NCBI GenBank assembly: GCA_040285745.1 | Contig: JAUFOR010000008.1 | Location: 2,046,001-2,110,000 of the forward strand | Reading direction: 5' to 3' | Source of the DNA: Barthelona sp. PCE | Lineage: Eukaryota | Length of the DNA stretch: 64,000 nt | Shown: piece by piece, positions 61,914-64,000 of the stretch | Position numbering within the stretch: position 1 is the stretch's first letter | Layout of the letters: the number at the start of each line of letters is the position of its first letter | Made by a program: the position numbers and the translations under genes | The notes under the pieces: generated by a model | Databases searched by the model: none | What the model was told of the DNA's origin: nothing | What the model saw: the letters and a program-made list of their open reading frames with translations, nothing else

Positions 61914-63155
61914 ATGAACGGACTGTCCATCTTTGACATTAAACCTGTGGCACAAATGCCACTCATTCACTCTAAACGGTTAGTAGGGACATATGAACAA
62001 TTTTTCCTTGCATTAGAAGTTTGGATCCAACACAATCGACGTGTTTTTCAGGTAACTAATAATGGTAAAACACTAAAAATGAGTCCTTCAGCATGCTGGG
62101 TATTAACAGAGATGATAAAAGTTTCATCAATTCTCAAAATGCAGGCAGAACAAGATCCCAAAGAGAACTATACCCTACCCTGGCATTTTCCGTTGATAAA
62201 ACATGAAAAAATAACAAGGATAGAGATTTTTGAGCCTTCAGAAGACCTAAAATCTCCATTTGTTTTAGAAATTATCTTTAATCATGTGTATAGACCATTA
62301 AAATACAACAAATTCTTTGAAGAAGATACAGTTAAATTGGATTTGGGACCATTTATAAATCTCAAACATTTAATACTAAGAGAAGTTAATCCATTAAGGT
62401 TACATTGTGTTCCATCACAGATAACTACACTTGAGATATATGATGTTCAACATTCCTTTACACTTTCTTCTTTTTTTTCTGATTGTGTTGAAACCAACAT
62501 CCCCAGGCTTGATAAACGTATCCCACCGAGCACAAACCCCCTTGATACATGTAGCTGTGTACTTTTTAATCCAAAAGTTGCCGACCAGGTTAAGCTTTTT
62601 TCGATAGAGAAACTAATCATTAATAATACATCCTTAGTAGATACAACAAACATATTCCATAAGCTGCCCTTGCTGGAGCATCTTGATTTGAAGAAAAATG
62701 AAATCAGGCAGATAAATAACCTAAATTTATGTGGATTTCTATCATTTGTTGATTTAAGCTTTAATAAGATTGATAACCTAAATGCAATCAGTAATTTGCC
62801 TGATATGGTAGCGAGTGTTAATCTTAGTAACAATAGCATAAGTAAGTTAGATTTTAATTTCCAAGCTTCCATTAAACTTTTAAATTTGAATGATAATATT
62901 ATAATGGATGAGAAAACAATTATAAGTTTACTTATTAATAATTATATTGAACAAATCTATTTCTTAAATAATCCAATCATTTTTCAGACTAATTTTAATG
63001 AAAACTTTTTAAACATGCTATTTCAAGAAATTTTTGAACAAAACTTAACAGACATTAACTTAAAAACAATAATTAACGATGAAATCAATTGTTTTAAAGA
63101 ATTTCAAAAAGAAAATGAAAAACAAATTGAATCCAATCACATTCATCTTTTTTAA
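61914..63155 (+). CDS. Leucine-rich repeat protein (nischarin/STK11IP-like LRR region)
   Basis: LDLGPFINLKHLILRE followed by LEHLDLKKNEI, LSFVDLSFNKI, VNLSNNSI, LLNLNDNII and an LRR cap FLNNPI. Confidence 0.7.
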   Translation: MNGLSIFDIKPVAQMPLIHSKRLVGTYEQFFLALEVWIQHNRRVFQVTNNGKTLKMSPSACWVLTEMIKVSSILKMQAEQDPKENYTLPWHFPLIKHEKITRIEIFEPSEDLKSPFVLEIIFNHVYRPLKYNKFFEEDTVKLDLGPFINLKHLILREVNPLRLHCVPSQITTLEIYDVQHSFTLSSFFSDCVETNIPRLDKRIPPSTNPLDTCSCVLFNPKVADQVKLFSIEKLIINNTSLVDTTNIFHKLPLLEHLDLKKNEIRQINNLNLCGFLSFVDLSFNKIDNLNAISNLPDMVASVNLSNNSISKLDFNFQASIKLLNLNDNIIMDEKTIISLLINNYIEQIYFLNNPIIFQTNFNENFLNMLFQEIFEQNLTDINLKTIINDEINCFKEFQKENEKQIESNHIHLF

Positions 63156-63197
63156 TATATTGACATTTTGATTATGAAGGTCTTTATCAGAAAACTA

Positions 63198-63692
63198 TTA
63201 TTTGAGATCATCAAAATAATCTAGTAAAGTTGTAGGAGCAATTTTATAATTTGTTTCTGTGTTACTCCGCCTAAACACATAAAAATCAATGTGCAGTTGT
63301 CTGATCAAGTCCCCGTCTTCCGAATCTAACAGGAAATACTCGCTATCCTCTGAAATAAACTCACTATCTATTCGCATATAACAGGGCTTCAAAAAGTTCG
63401 AAATTACTGTTGAAAATTCTTTTGGGATGAAATAACACTTAAAATATAACTGATTCATCCAGTGATGTATGTCAAAATTTTCTTCTGAAGGAGAATATAA
63501 TACTATAGCTTGTTTTTGAGGTGATTTATGCATCATTGTGTTTAAAATAGGCACCAACCTTCGACTCAAAGGGAAAACAAAAGGTGCATTAAGGAAAATT
63601 ATCTCATTAGGAAGACTATCAAAGGAAACAGGTCGTCCATTTATCTCAATAATGTTTAAACGCTCAAATTCCTGCTTGGTTATTGTAAGCAT
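63198..63692 (-). CDS. Thioredoxin-fold (nucleoredoxin/tryparedoxin-like) protein lacking CxxC
   Basis: NGRPVSFDSL..IIFLNAPFVFPLSRRLVPILNTMM..AIVLYSPSEE..WMNQL..FIP follows the nucleoredoxin-domain layout, with WCPPC replaced by VFPLS. Confidence 0.45.
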   Translation of the reverse strand: MLTITKQEFERLNIIEINGRPVSFDSLPNEIIFLNAPFVFPLSRRLVPILNTMMHKSPQKQAIVLYSPSEENFDIHHWMNQLYFKCYFIPKEFSTVISNFLKPCYMRIDSEFISEDSEYFLLDSEDGDLIRQLHIDFYVFRRSNTETNYKIAPTTLLDYFDDLK

Positions 63693-64000
63693 CTAGCTCT
63701 GCTCTCTAATATGCGCTAATTTAAATCGAAAAGGAAGATTATTCAAAAAACAACATCTTCATCTTCAACAGTAAATCAATCTGGTATTTGGGAAGATTAG
63801 TTCATTTTCATGCTTTTTTTGATGACTAAGATGTATTAAATTACAATATAAGCTGCCAGATTTTTCCCTGCACAAAACCTTTTTCCCGCAATTCGAAAAA
63901 TGGTTTGGAACTTGCACTTGTATAATTTACTCTGAATTTATTTTATCAATGAAATGTACAATAAATGATATAATCACATTATCCATCTTTATCTTTCTGA

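Noticed and set aside
1-64000. Non-standard genetic code (TAA/TAG = Gln as in hexamitid diplomonads or ciliates)
   Set aside because: Conserved proteins end at TAA or TAG at their expected C-termini, and long ORFs have no internal TAR codons.

Overview
This is a gene-dense, nearly intron-free eukaryotic nuclear segment read in the standard code (TAA, TAG and TGA all end conserved proteins). It carries about 31 protein-coding genes separated by tiny spacers. Ciliary genes (KAP3, PIERCE-like, STPG1-like, LRR-IQ, a dynein-heavy-chain derivative), phagotrophy and trafficking genes (strumpellin, Sec8, AOAH, DHHC) and prokaryote-type enzymes (SsnA, IlvE, ADP-dependent sugar kinase, Glk-like) point to a flagellated, bacterivorous, probably anaerobic protist. 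A metamonad-like identity is my inference. The most striking feature is a 17.65-kb single ORF encoding a 5,883-aa, probably catalytically dead dynein heavy chain with an IQ motif and large insertions. Other apparent pseudoenzymes are a P-loop-less kinesin, a degenerate glucokinase and a CxxC-less thioredoxin fold. A CCTTTTCA-type element sits just upstream of many start codons, many TAA stops are embedded in AATAAA, and there is one clear 44-nt intron plus a locus with two ~30-nt candidate introns and two frame breaks at the same ACA-TAA-CC context. I recognised no tRNA, rRNA, CRISPR array or transposon. All family assignments are from motif recognition by eye, not database searches.
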